The notes: a model not told the origin generated them from the sequence alone. 64,000 nt of DNA from Microcoleus sp. (GCA_042408215.1 JAYFMW010000003.1:160001-224000), one strand, 5' to 3'. Positions 1 through 9,795 are shown, counted from the stretch's first letter. Translations and numbers: made by a program.

Positions 1-158
1 CGCTCTAGGGAAGGTTCAATGTATTCTTCAGCTTTATCTAGTAAAAGAACAAATACTTTCCCCTCTGGGTGATGCTCTAAAAAAGATTCTGTCAAGCAAC
101 GAGCTTGAGCTAAATAGGATCTAGTGGCTATAGTACAGATGACAGGTGTATCGTTCAT
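1..158 (-). CDS. N-terminus of a probable glycosyltransferase (runs off window edge)
   Basis: Reverse strand reads MNDTPVICTIATRSYLAQARCLTESFLEHHPEGKVFVLLLD..., a start typical of polysaccharide-locus glycosyltransferases; lies downstream of gmd. Confidence 0.55.
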   Translation of the reverse strand, partial: MNDTPVICTIATRSYLAQARCLTESFLEHHPEGKVFVLLLDKAEEYIEPSLE

Positions 159-207
159 AGTAGTTTTAAATTTTCCTATAGTCAATTTTTCGAGATTTAT
201 GAATACC

Positions 208-1168
208 CTAAGAATGTTCCTGTTTTGCCTCCACCATCATCTTTACTACATCGTGCATTTTATATTTTGCCTGCCAACCTAATTTCTCCTTAGCCTTAGC
301 AGGGTTGCCTTTGCCAAGTGCAATTTCTGTCGGTCTGTACAGACTCGTATCTATAACTGTATGTTCCTCCCAGTCTAATCCCAGAGTGGCAAACGCTTGG
401 GCAACAAATTCTTTTAAGGCATGGCTCTCCCCAGTAGCAATTACATAATCATCGGGTTCTGACTGCTGCAACATCAGATACATTGCTTCCACGTATTCGG
501 GAGCCCAACCCCAGTCCCGCTGTACAGAAATATTACCCAATTGCAGCTTTTCTGGACTACCCGTGGCAATCCGGCAAGCTACTGATACAATTTTTTGGGT
601 CACAAACCGGGCTGGCCTCAGAGGGGATTCGTGATTAAACAGGATACCAGAACAAGCAAACAAATTATAGGCTTCCCGATAATTAGCGACTTCCCAAAAC
701 GCTGTTGCCCTTGGCAACTGCATAGGGACTTCTGGGGTGAAATGAGGTGCTTTCGTCGGCTGCTTTGCCTCCTGTGTCCCCAAAGCATTCGCTAGAACTG
801 GCATTGTATAGTTTTATTTTTCCGCCTGTAAATCGAATTGCTTCTAGGAGATTCAGTGTCCCGGTGGCAATGCTTTCTAGGGTTTCTACTGGTTGCTCGA
901 AGGACAGTCCCACGGAAGTCTGACCTGCTAAATTGTACACCTCATCTGGCTGGATTTTGGCAAGCACTTGCAAAACGCTGCGAAAGTCATTGAGAGACAT
1001 GGATTCTAGCTTTACTGAGTCGCGGATGCCTAAGCGGGAGAGATTTTGGAATCCTGAAATTTGTGCATCCCGCGATGTACCACAGACTGAGTAGTCTTTA
1101 TCTAGGAGTAGTTTGGCTAAATAAGCTCCGTCTTGGCCGGATATACCACAAATTAGTGCTTTTTTCAT
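208..1168 (-). pseudogene. gmd: GDP-mannose 4,6-dehydratase, split by a +1 frameshift (real or sequencing error)
   Basis: ORF 683..1168 (KKALICGISGQDGAYL...YAVAK) and the 3' part of ORF 208..804 (ATAFWEVANYREAY...) join to match the intact paralog 7840..8796. One extra base in the ccc run at 708-710. Confidence 0.85.
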
Positions 1169-1413
1169 ATAATTACCCCTAAAAACTCTTTGATGACTGC
1201 CACCTGCTTGGTGCTTGCTCAGTTTAGTACATATGCAGGCACACTGAAGGCAGATTTTGCTAGTTGACTTGACATTTGGATCAAGTGTTCCCTAGTATAT
1301 TGGACGATGTGTAAGTTTGTTCCTAATCAGGAACTTTGCAAAAGCGTCTATAGTCTGGTATCGTGTACAAGGTTTGAAATATCGTTGATTTTATAAATAT
1401 AATTGAACAGATT

Positions 1414-4400
1414 ATGAATACACCAGAAGTGGCAACACAATATTTTAACGAGGGCGATCGACTTCTAGAGTCAGGGAATCTGGAGGAGGCGATCGCAGCC
1501 TACCGCAATGCCATTGAACTAAATCCTGACCTCTCTTGGTCTCACCACAATTTAGGGGAAGCTCTGGCCAAATTAGGTAAATTGGAGGAGGCGATCGTGG
1601 CTTATCGAAGTGCCATAGAACTCAACCCTGATTTTTCTTGGTCTTATCATCACTTGGGAGATGTTCTAGAACGACAACAGCAATGGGAAGAGTCGGTGGC
1701 TGTATTTCATCAAGCGATTGAATTGAATCCTGAGCATTTTGGTTCCTATGTGGGATTAGGGAAAAGTTTAGAAAAATTGGGTCAGCTAGATAAGGCGATC
1801 GCAGCTTATCGTCGTGCTAGTGAGCTTGCTCCAGAGGTGGATTGGATTCAGTATAGACTGGGGGAGGTGCTGCAACAGCGAACTCAGTTGGATTTGGAGG
1901 GGGCGATCGCTTCTTATTGTCGTGCGATTGAGTTAAATCCAGATGATGTGCCGGCTTATCGCAAGCTCCTAGAAATTCAACCAGATCACTCGGAAGTTTG
2001 GTTGAATTTAGGGAAGGCATTGGTGAAACAAGAGCAGTGGGAAGAGGCGATAGCGACTTATCGCCACTTTACTGAGTTAAATCCAGATGATGTGCAAGCT
2101 CATTATCGCTTAGGGGAATTATTAATTAAACAGGGGAATTTAGAAGGTGCGATCGATACTTTGCGTCATTCTCTTGAACTGAGTCCCAACTCTAACGAAT
2201 CTTACTATAACTTAGGAGAAGCACTAGCAGCTCAGGGAAACGCAACCGAGGCTAGCCTCTGTTACTACAAGGCTTTTAAACTCAATCCCGATAATATGCA
2301 AGCTAATCAAAAACGCCCTCAAATTTATGACTGTTTTGCCTTTTTTAATGAATTGGATATTCTCAAAATTAGAATAGAAGAATTAAAGGATGTTGTAGAT
2401 AAATTTGTTTTAGTAGAAGCGACTAAAACGTTTAGTGGAAACCCTAAACCCTTGTACTACCAACAGTTTATCCATGAATTTGCTGAGTATCAGGACAAAA
2501 TTATTCATTATGTTGTCGATGATATGCCAGAAGTTATCAATGGCGACAGGTGGCCTCTGGAGATTCACCAGAGGGATTGTATCATTCGACCTTTGAGACT
2601 TATACCATGCAACGATAAAGACATTATTTTAATCAGCGATGTCGATGAAATACCCAGAAAAGAAAAAATAGAAGATGCTATAAATCTGTTGTTAGATAAT
2701 GATTTTGTCATCTTTACCCATGATCTGTATCATAATAATCTAGATGCTTTTCAGACTCAGTGGTGGTGTGGTACTGTAGCTTGTAAATACAAAGATTTTA
2801 AAGTTAGAACTGCCTCCCAAGTTAGGCGGGATGACGAAGGTTTTTGGACTCCAAATTGGAAAGCTGGAGGTATTAGATTAGATAAGGAAGGATTTCAACA
2901 TCCTTACATAGAGAAGGGGGGGTGGCATTTTGGTTCTTTTGGAGGTGCCAAATCACTCAGGTACAAATTGCAGAGTTTTGCTCATGCAGAGGCAGATAAT
3001 TCTAAAGAAACAGGAATGCATTTGATCAATTTTGATGTAACAAGACCTACCCATGATGAAGAGTCTCTAGGTAATTACTATTACGACATTAGAGATGTTG
3101 AAGGTAAAGATATACCAGATTACCTAAAAAAGAATATCCGTCAATACAGACACTTCTTAAAGCCAAAATTGACGCAAATGGCGATTGATCATGCTGTCCT
3201 TGAAGAAAAACAGGTAAAGTTACAGCAAGTCATAGATGACTACAACCAAATGTGGGAAAAAATTGTCAATCATGGAGATGCGGTATCAGTAATTAATGAC
3301 TGGCGACGGTTATCTGACTTAGGACAAGAGGTGAATGTGAACGTATTTAATGAAACTGGCGAATTCAACGTTGTCAAAAGATTTATTAACCAAGGTCAAA
3401 CAGTCTTTGATATTGGTGCTAATGTAGGGGGATGGACTGAAGAAGTTTTAAATGCTGTTTCTGATATCGAAGTACACCTTTTTGAAGCAGTGCCTAAAAT
3501 TTACCAGGAACTCATTAAAAACATTTCCTCCAAAAATCCTTCGGGAAAGCTCATCCCAAATAACTGTGCTGTTTCTAAAACCGACGGACTTGCTAAAATT
3601 TGTTATTATCCTGATGCGCCTCAGTGGAGTACAATCTACCGTCGGGGCTTTGATGTTGAAAGCACTTATAGTATTCAGCCTCCTCAAAGTGTGGAGGTGT
3701 TGGCAACTACCATTGACGGTTACTGTAACAGATTGGGAATCAAGAGGATTAACTTCTTGAAGATAGATGTACAAGGAGCGGAACTAGATGTATTGTCTGG
3801 CGCGATAAATTTATTGAAATCAGGGAGAATAGATTATATCCAGTTTGAGTATGGCGGTACATACCTTGATGCTGGTACAACCTTAGAGCAGATTTTTGCT
3901 TTGCTATCGCAATATCGTTATTCAATTTTTAAAATTTTGCCAGACCAGTTAGAATACCTGCCCAATTTTTCACCTAATTACGAGGATTTTCAATTCAGCA
4001 ATTTCTTAGCCGTAAATGAGAGATTCCGCTCAACAGTTTTAGGTGAACCGCCCGAAGCGATGCTTGATATTTCTCAGGTTTGTAAGCAACATTCAGTTCT
4101 CCCTAGTGGAGTTATTCATGTGGGAGCGCATGAAGGTGAGGAGTTAAAAACATACCAAGAAATGGGAATAAAGCAAGTATTATTTATTGAGGCTAACCCT
4201 GATGTAGCAGAAAGACTCAAAAAACGAATGGCTGGAATGTCGGAGGTGCAAGTAGTAAATTGTGCAATCAGCAATCAAAATGGCACAGTCGAGTTGATTG
4301 TCACCAACAATGAGATGAGTAGCTCCATTTTACCGTTGAAGGTTCATGGAGATATATACCCTACCATCCAAGTAACTCACAAATTAACAGTAGAGGCCAA

Positions 4401-5493
4401 AACCCTTGATACCCTCCTAGAAGAAATGCAGCTACAGGCTTCAGATTTTAATATATTAAACATTGATATTCAAGGTGCAGAGCTTCTGGCTTTCCAAGGT
4501 GCAACTAACTTGTTGAAATATATTGAAGTAATTAATACAGAAGTTAACTATGAAGAACTGTATGAAGGATGCGCCTTAATTGACCAGATTGACGACTTTT
4601 TAGAAGCCTATGGTTTTGAAAGGAGGGCAACTACGACACCTTATAACCCTACTTGGGGAGATGCTTGTTATGTGAAAAAGCCTTTAATTACCATGTCTAC
4701 CCTTGGTATAAATGGCCGATTCGGCAATCAGATATTTCAGTATGCGTTTTTGAAAATCTATGCCAACCAACATAATCTACGAGTAGAAACCCCTGAGTGG
4801 ATTGGGCAGTATCTTTTCGGCCACAATGATCCAATAATTTCCAGACAATTACCGATTGTTGAAGACACACATCCCGTTGTGCCAGCACAGATACCTTATC
4901 AAAAAGAACCGTATAAAAATGTTGATTTTTGGGGTTTTTTTCAGTACAGGACTACCTTCTATGCTCCCCACAAGGAGTATTTTAGATCTCTGTTTCAGCC
5001 CATCCAGGAAGTTGAAGCAACAATGAAAGTGGCTCTGGAAAATTTGAATTCCAGAGGAAAGACACTGATAGGCATACACTTACGGCGTGGCGATATTAAG
5101 GATTTCTCTCTTGACGAAAACCTGCATTATTATCCAGCCCCTACTGAATGGTACAAAAACTGGCTGAGAGATATATGGGAAAATATTGAGCAACCTGTTT
5201 TATTTGTCGCTAGTGATTCACTAGAGGAAGTTATCGATGATTTTGCCGAATTTCAACCGGTAACAGTAAAAGAACTAGGTATAGATTTGCCACCAGCTAG
5301 TTTTTATCCTGATTTTTATTTGTTGAGTCAGTGCGAGATGGTAGCGATTTCCAATAGTTCTTTTTCCTTTGTTACCTGTTTACTTAATGAAAAGAGTAAG
5401 TTATTTTACCGTCCTTGTCGCAAACGTGAAAAATTAATTCCCTTTTTCCCCTGGGACAGTTATGCTTCAGCAGAAGCTGTAAGAATGGAATGA
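1414..5493 (+). CDS. Multidomain protein: TPR repeats + GT17-like glycosyltransferase + two FkbM-family methyltransferases + GT11 (alpha-1,2-fucosyltransferase-like) domain
   Basis: About 8 TPRs (EAIAAYRxAIELNP), then IYDCFAFFNELDILKIR...ISDVDEIP...GGWHF (GT17); VFDIGANVG...KIDVQGAE and VIHVGAHEG...NIDIQGAE (FkbM); GRFGNQIFQY and GIHLRRGD (GT11). Confidence 0.85.
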   Translation: MNTPEVATQYFNEGDRLLESGNLEEAIAAYRNAIELNPDLSWSHHNLGEALAKLGKLEEAIVAYRSAIELNPDFSWSYHHLGDVLERQQQWEESVAVFHQAIELNPEHFGSYVGLGKSLEKLGQLDKAIAAYRRASELAPEVDWIQYRLGEVLQQRTQLDLEGAIASYCRAIELNPDDVPAYRKLLEIQPDHSEVWLNLGKALVKQEQWEEAIATYRHFTELNPDDVQAHYRLGELLIKQGNLEGAIDTLRHSLELSPNSNESYYNLGEALAAQGNATEASLCYYKAFKLNPDNMQANQKRPQIYDCFAFFNELDILKIRIEELKDVVDKFVLVEATKTFSGNPKPLYYQQFIHEFAEYQDKIIHYVVDDMPEVINGDRWPLEIHQRDCIIRPLRLIPCNDKDIILISDVDEIPRKEKIEDAINLLLDNDFVIFTHDLYHNNLDAFQTQWWCGTVACKYKDFKVRTASQVRRDDEGFWTPNWKAGGIRLDKEGFQHPYIEKGGWHFGSFGGAKSLRYKLQSFAHAEADNSKETGMHLINFDVTRPTHDEESLGNYYYDIRDVEGKDIPDYLKKNIRQYRHFLKPKLTQMAIDHAVLEEKQVKLQQVIDDYNQMWEKIVNHGDAVSVINDWRRLSDLGQEVNVNVFNETGEFNVVKRFINQGQTVFDIGANVGGWTEEVLNAVSDIEVHLFEAVPKIYQELIKNISSKNPSGKLIPNNCAVSKTDGLAKICYYPDAPQWSTIYRRGFDVESTYSIQPPQSVEVLATTIDGYCNRLGIKRINFLKIDVQGAELDVLSGAINLLKSGRIDYIQFEYGGTYLDAGTTLEQIFALLSQYRYSIFKILPDQLEYLPNFSPNYEDFQFSNFLAVNERFRSTVLGEPPEAMLDISQVCKQHSVLPSGVIHVGAHEGEELKTYQEMGIKQVLFIEANPDVAERLKKRMAGMSEVQVVNCAISNQNGTVELIVTNNEMSSSILPLKVHGDIYPTIQVTHKLTVEAKTLDTLLEEMQLQASDFNILNIDIQGAELLAFQGATNLLKYIEVINTEVNYEELYEGCALIDQIDDFLEAYGFERRATTTPYNPTWGDACYVKKPLITMSTLGINGRFGNQIFQYAFLKIYANQHNLRVETPEWIGQYLFGHNDPIISRQLPIVEDTHPVVPAQIPYQKEPYKNVDFWGFFQYRTTFYAPHKEYFRSLFQPIQEVEATMKVALENLNSRGKTLIGIHLRRGDIKDFSLDENLHYYPAPTEWYKNWLRDIWENIEQPVLFVASDSLEEVIDDFAEFQPVTVKELGIDLPPASFYPDFYLLSQCEMVAISNSSFSFVTCLLNEKSKLFYRPCRKREKLIPFFPWDSYASAEAVRME

Positions 5494-5499
5494 GATTAA

Positions 5500-5547
5500 C
5501 AAAATGAGGTTTACGTTTCTTTACTAAGAGTTGTGAACCTCATTTTG
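5500..5547. terminator. Inverted repeat between convergent genes; probable bidirectional terminator
   Basis: CAAAATGAGGTTTAC (5500-5514) pairs with GTGAACCTCATTTTG (5533-5547). Confidence 0.55.
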
Positions 5548-5584
5548 CATTAGGTCTATAGTCTGATAAAATTGCGACTAAAAG

Positions 5585-6169
5585 CTAGTTTGGTGATAGT
5601 AAATATTCGGCAACTACTGACTTGGCGAATTGAGGAACTGAAACTATAATGTCTTCAAATACACTTGTAGATCTGCTTCCGTGTGCTGCCAATACATCTA
5701 AGACGGCGTTAATGTTTGGCCACTGTTCAGGACAGTGAGGGGGCGGGGGGGGGTTGAGAAATAGTCTTGCATCATCAATAAGTATGAAGTGATCCTGCTC
5801 TGATTTGTTAATAATTAGGAGTTCTTCAAGCAGAGGGCATTCATCACTTTCACCGTAGCTCACACCCCCACACCAGTGACTATCTAGCCAAAAAATACAA
5901 GGTTCATTCATTGATGGCACAAGAGTCGCTAGTTGCTCTTTTGAATGGCCGTATAAAAATTTTACGTTTTTAACCTGGCTGTGTGTGGCAACTGCTTGTG
6001 CATATATTTCTGGAGATGCTTCTATGGTTATAACGGTTTTAAAATGCTCTGCCGCCCAAAGCGCTGTGTTGCCGTGATAAGTACCTGCCTCAACAAACAG
6101 TTGCACGTTGTAAGCTTCTTGGAGCTTGCTTACTAGCTCTGTTGGCATTCCCATTCTTACTACACCCAT
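5585..6169 (-). CDS. Putative class I SAM-dependent methyltransferase-like protein
   Basis: FVEAGTYHG, TIEAS and FWLDSHW...ILIDDAR motifs; sits in the glycan locus. Confidence 0.6.
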   Translation of the reverse strand: MGVVRMGMPTELVSKLQEAYNVQLFVEAGTYHGNTALWAAEHFKTVITIEASPEIYAQAVATHSQVKNVKFLYGHSKEQLATLVPSMNEPCIFWLDSHWCGGVSYGESDECPLLEELLIINKSEQDHFILIDDARLFLNPPPPPHCPEQWPNINAVLDVLAAHGSRSTSVFEDIIVSVPQFAKSVVAEYLLSPN

Positions 6170-6273
6170 TTCACTCTACACCTGTTAATTAGTATTTGTA
6201 ATAGTAGGATAACATATTGAAATAATCTGTTAACTGTCAAATTATTCTATAGAGCCAGTTAAAATCGATTCGG

Positions 6274-6435
6274 CTAGCTGACAGGATAAAAGCTCTCGTC
6301 CTTCATCTTTCGATAATCCCGATCGCCACTAATCACACCTTGGTTAGTATAAGCGATCCACTGACCCCGATATTTTTTCAACTCACGGCGATTAGCCTTA
6401 TACCACTCCTCCGCTGTCGTATATTCGGCCTCCAT
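6274..6435 (-). CDS. Small DUF5678-like protein, possibly truncated
   Basis: MEAEYTTAEEWYKANRRELKKYRGQWIAY... resembles the DUF5678 W-x-N-x-L-x-Y-x-G-x-W-(I/V)-A pattern. Confidence 0.45.
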   Translation of the reverse strand: MEAEYTTAEEWYKANRRELKKYRGQWIAYTNQGVISGDRDYRKMKDESFYPVS

Positions 6436-6691
6436 ATTTTCACCCCATAATATTGTCTCAAACTCATTTGCGATCAAAACACCACCCAACCGAATTGCTG
6501 CAACTCCCAGTTACCCTAGGACAACCCACTTCTAGAATGATTTCCCAGAAGCCTACCACAATTTCGAGTCAGTTTTGCCCGATCGCGCCCAATGAACTCA
6601 AGCCTCCCACGAACATACCAGACCGCAGCCACTCTCAGGATGTTCCCACAGAATCGGTATAATAGACAAGCCACGACAACACGGCAATTGA

Positions 6692-7590
6692 GGACACGGC
6701 AATGTCGTTTCCCTACCCCAAAATCAGGACACGGCACTGCCGTTTCCCTACCCCAAAACGTCTTAATTGTAGGGACACGGCACTGCCGTGTCCTGACTGT
6801 GGGTAACGGGTAAAATCAACCGGATTGGATGATCGAATTGTGCTTTGAGTGCGATCGGATCTAACCATCGACAACACGGCAATTGAGGACACGGCAATGC
6901 CGTTTCCCTACCCCAAAACGTCTTAGTAGGGACACGGCACTGCCGTGTCCAGATTAAATTCGGACACGGCAATGCCGTTTCCCTACCCCAAAACGTCTTA
7001 GTAGGGACACGGCACTGCCGTGTCCAGATTAAATTCGGACACGGCAATGCCGTTTCCCTACCCCAAAACGTCTTAATTGTAGGGACACGGCACTGCCGTT
7101 TCCAGATTCAAGTCGGACACGGCAATGCCGTTTCCCTACCACAAAACGTCTTAATTGTAGGGACACGGCACTGCCGTGTCCAGATTCAAGTCGGACACGG
7201 CAATGCCGTTTCCCTACCACAAAAATCATATCCTAGGGACACGGCACTGCCGTTTCCAGATTCAAGTCGGACACGGCAATGCCGTTTCCCTACCCCAAAA
7301 CGTCTTAATTGTAGGGACACTCCAAGAGCCCATTCGTGTCAACTTAAGCCTGAAACCGTTGATAAATGTCGCTTTTAGTTGAGTCTAGATCCCCCTAAAT
7401 CCCCCTTAAGAAGGGGGACTTTGAGAAGACTCCTGTCCCACCCCCTACTCCCCTTCTTAAGGGGGGCTAGGGGGGATCTGGCCTTAATAGTCAAACAGCA
7501 GTCTCTGACTGGGTTTGACGTTAAGTTGACACCAATGGGCTCTTGGAGTGTCCAGATTCAAGTCGGACACGGCAATGCCGTTTCCCTACC
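6692..7590. repeat. BIME-like array of alternating inverted REP-like palindromes
   Basis: About 16 units alternating GGACACGGCAATGCCGTTTCCCTAC and GTAGGGACACGGCACTGCCGTGTCC, with recurring linkers CCCAAAACGTCTTA(ATT) and AGATT(C/A)AA(G/T)TC-like; period about 75-78 bp. Confidence 0.9.
7331..7537. mobile_element. TIR MITE copy 1, inserted in a REP unit
   Basis: 17-bp TIRs CATTCGTGTCAACTTAA / TTAAGTTGACACCAATG; internal palindrome GATCCCCCTAAATCCCCCTTAAGAAGGGGG...GGGGGATC; no ORF. Confidence 0.85.
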
Positions 7591-7604
7591 CCAAAAATCA
7601 TATC

Positions 7605-7769
7605 GTAGGGGCGGGTTTTACAGACAATATTTGAGACCCAAAGACCATCTATATAAACCCGCCCCAACCCAACCAATAACCCTATATGGTTGCTGAAACC
7701 CATCGTAGGGGCGGGTTTATTAATATTGTTGGTTTTCCATTTATATTGTCTGTAAAACCCGCCCCTACA
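7605..7769. repeat. Two REP-like doublets GTAGGGGCGGGTTT...AAACCCGCCCC(T)AC
   Basis: Inverted pairs at about 7605-7666 and 7705-7769; related pairs at about 43552-43610 and 59850-59911. Confidence 0.75.
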
Positions 7770-7839
7770 GTCCATCCTTCGGGCGGATTTACCAATATTA
7801 GAGACCGACAAATAATCTAAATAAACCAGCCCCTCTATT

Positions 7840-8796
7840 TCAACCAATCCGCCTCGCCTCCACCATCATCCGCACCACATCATGCATCTTATACTTCGCC
7901 TCCCATCCCAACTTTTCCTTCGCCTTAGCCGGATTCCCCCTCCCCACAGCAATATCCGTCAGTCTGTAAAGACTTGCATCCGTCACCAAATGTTCCCGCC
8001 AATCCAAACCCGCACAAACAAAAGCCGTCTGCACAAACTCTTCCAAAGCAAAACTAGCACCCGTAGCAATTACATAATCCTCCGGTGCATCCTGCTGCAA
8101 CATCAAATACATCGCTTCCACATATTCCGGCGCCCAACCCCAATCTCGGTGCACTGAAATATTACCTAAATGCAGTTTTTCGGAACTCCCCGCAGCAATC
8201 CGACACACAACAGATACAATCTTTTGCGTTACAAATCTCTCCGGCCGCAGCGGCGACTCGTGATTGAACAGAATACCAGAACAGGCAAACAAATTGTACG
8301 CTTCCCGATAATTCGCTACTTCCCAAAATGCTGTTGCTTTTGCCACCGCGTAAGGACTTCTGGGACGAAAAGGCGTATTTTCATCCGCTGGATTGCCTCC
8401 GGTATCCCCAAAACATTCGCTGGAACTGGCATTATAAAGTTTAATTTTGCCGCCTGTAAACCGAATTGCTTCTAACAGATTCAATGTGCCAGTGGCAATA
8501 CTTTCGAGAGTTTCTACAGGTTGTTCAAAAGACAGACCGACGGAACTTTGACCGGCTAAATTGTACACTTCATCTGGCTGTATTTTCGCTAGCACCTGCA
8601 AGACGCTGCGAAAATCGTTGAGAGACATGGATTCTAGTTTTACTCTGTCCCGGATTCCCAGACGGGCTAGGTTTCCGAAACTAGACATTTGGGCGTCCCT
8701 GGAAGTGCCGGAAACTTGATAACCTTTATCTAAAAGTAGTTTGGCTAAATAAGCTCCGTCTTGACCGGATATACCAGAAATCAATGCTTTTTTCAT
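7840..8796 (-). CDS. gmd: GDP-mannose 4,6-dehydratase
   Basis: GISGQDG Rossmann motif, YNLAGQS, YAVAK, LFNHESP, RDWG; intact 318 aa. Confidence 0.93.
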   Translation of the reverse strand: MKKALISGISGQDGAYLAKLLLDKGYQVSGTSRDAQMSSFGNLARLGIRDRVKLESMSLNDFRSVLQVLAKIQPDEVYNLAGQSSVGLSFEQPVETLESIATGTLNLLEAIRFTGGKIKLYNASSSECFGDTGGNPADENTPFRPRSPYAVAKATAFWEVANYREAYNLFACSGILFNHESPLRPERFVTQKIVSVVCRIAAGSSEKLHLGNISVHRDWGWAPEYVEAMYLMLQQDAPEDYVIATGASFALEEFVQTAFVCAGLDWREHLVTDASLYRLTDIAVGRGNPAKAKEKLGWEAKYKMHDVVRMMVEARRIG

Positions 8797-8940
8797 ATTA
8801 ATTTTTTATTTTGATCGTTTGGCGGTTGAAACCGATCCTACACAAACGAAGTCTGCCTCCGCAGACTAAGAGACAGGGCTCATATCAAATCCAGTGAGCA
8901 TCGGAATTAATATTACCCGAAATTAGGAGACGGCAATGCC

Positions 8941-9137
8941 AATTAGTGTCAACTTAAGCCTGAAACTCTTGATAAATCTCGTTTTTACCATAGTCTAGAT
9001 CCCCCTAAATCCCCCTTAAGAAGGGGGACTTTGAGAAGACTCTTGTCCCCCCCGACCTAAGGGGGGTTAGGGGGGATCTGGCCTCGATCGTCAAACAGTA
9101 GTCTCTGAATGGGTTTGGCGTTAAGTTGACACCTATG
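8941..9137. mobile_element. TIR MITE copy 2 with a 9-bp target duplication at a REP centre
   Basis: TIRs AATTAGTGTCAACTTAA / TTAAGTTGACACCTATG, flanked by GGCAATGCC (8932-8940) and GGCAGTGCC (9138-9146); highly similar to 7331-7537. Confidence 0.85.
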
Positions 9138-9187
9138 GGCAGTGCCGTATCCCTACGCCAGATTAATTGTAGGGACACGGCACTGCC

Positions 9188-9673
9188 CATTAGTGTCAAT
9201 TTAAGGTTGAACCTTGAGTATCTCTTGTTTGTTTGACACTCCCCGGTCTGAAGAAGCGGGGATTCTTAAGGACAAACTTTGGGGGATGAATCCACCCAAA
9301 CTTCGGTTCTTAAAGGGTAAGTCAGATACCCGCTACCCACACAGCGAGTTGCTGAGTCTCTGGCTACTTTTGTGCCTAACGGCTTGCAACTGTCGGGTTT
9401 TTCACCAACTAGGTTTCAACAACTCGATCAAACCAAAATCGGTTTGTCAAGATGGGCAGGATAAATCCTGCAACGCCCTTTCATCCCTGGACTAAAGTCG
9501 CAGGGTTTTCAGGGTATTTCTTATAAAAGTCTAGATCCCCCCTAGCCCCCCTTAAGAAGGGGGGGACAAGAAATATTCTCTTTCGTCCCCCGACTATCCG
9601 GGGGATTTAGGGGGATCTAGACTGAGGTAAAAGCGAGATTTCTCATGGTTTCAGGCTTAAGTTGACACTAATA
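9188..9673. mobile_element. TIR MITE copy 3 (opposite orientation) carrying a nested IS605-type miniature element
   Basis: TIRs CATTAGTGTCAATTTAA / TTAAGTTGACACTAATA; exact flanking duplication GGCACTGCC (9179-9187, 9674-9682). Confidence 0.85.
9233..9522 (-). mobile_element. Non-autonomous IS200/IS605 miniature element A, retaining left end, TnpB omega-RNA region and right end
   Basis: Minus strand reads TTAT|AAGAAATACCCTGAAAACCCTG-hairpin ... AAGAATCCCCGCTTCTTCAGACCGGGGAGTGTCAA; ends nearly identical to 17556-17854. Confidence 0.8.
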
Positions 9674-9795
9674 GGCACTGCCGTCTCCTCTATATCATAA
9701 GGACTAATGAGTCCTCATAGCGAGGACTGTCTTCTTTGAGGCAGGGGTTCAAACCCCTGCCGGACTGCCGGAAAGAAGTCGGGGATTTAGGGGAT

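Noticed and set aside
6692..7590. Possible CRISPR array
   Set aside because: Repeats alternate in orientation, the linkers are short and themselves repeated rather than unique spacers, and no cas genes are present.
6453..7847. Short ORFs with repeating GKRHCRV/TRQCR peptides
   Set aside because: They are translations of the REP array and MITE in several frames.
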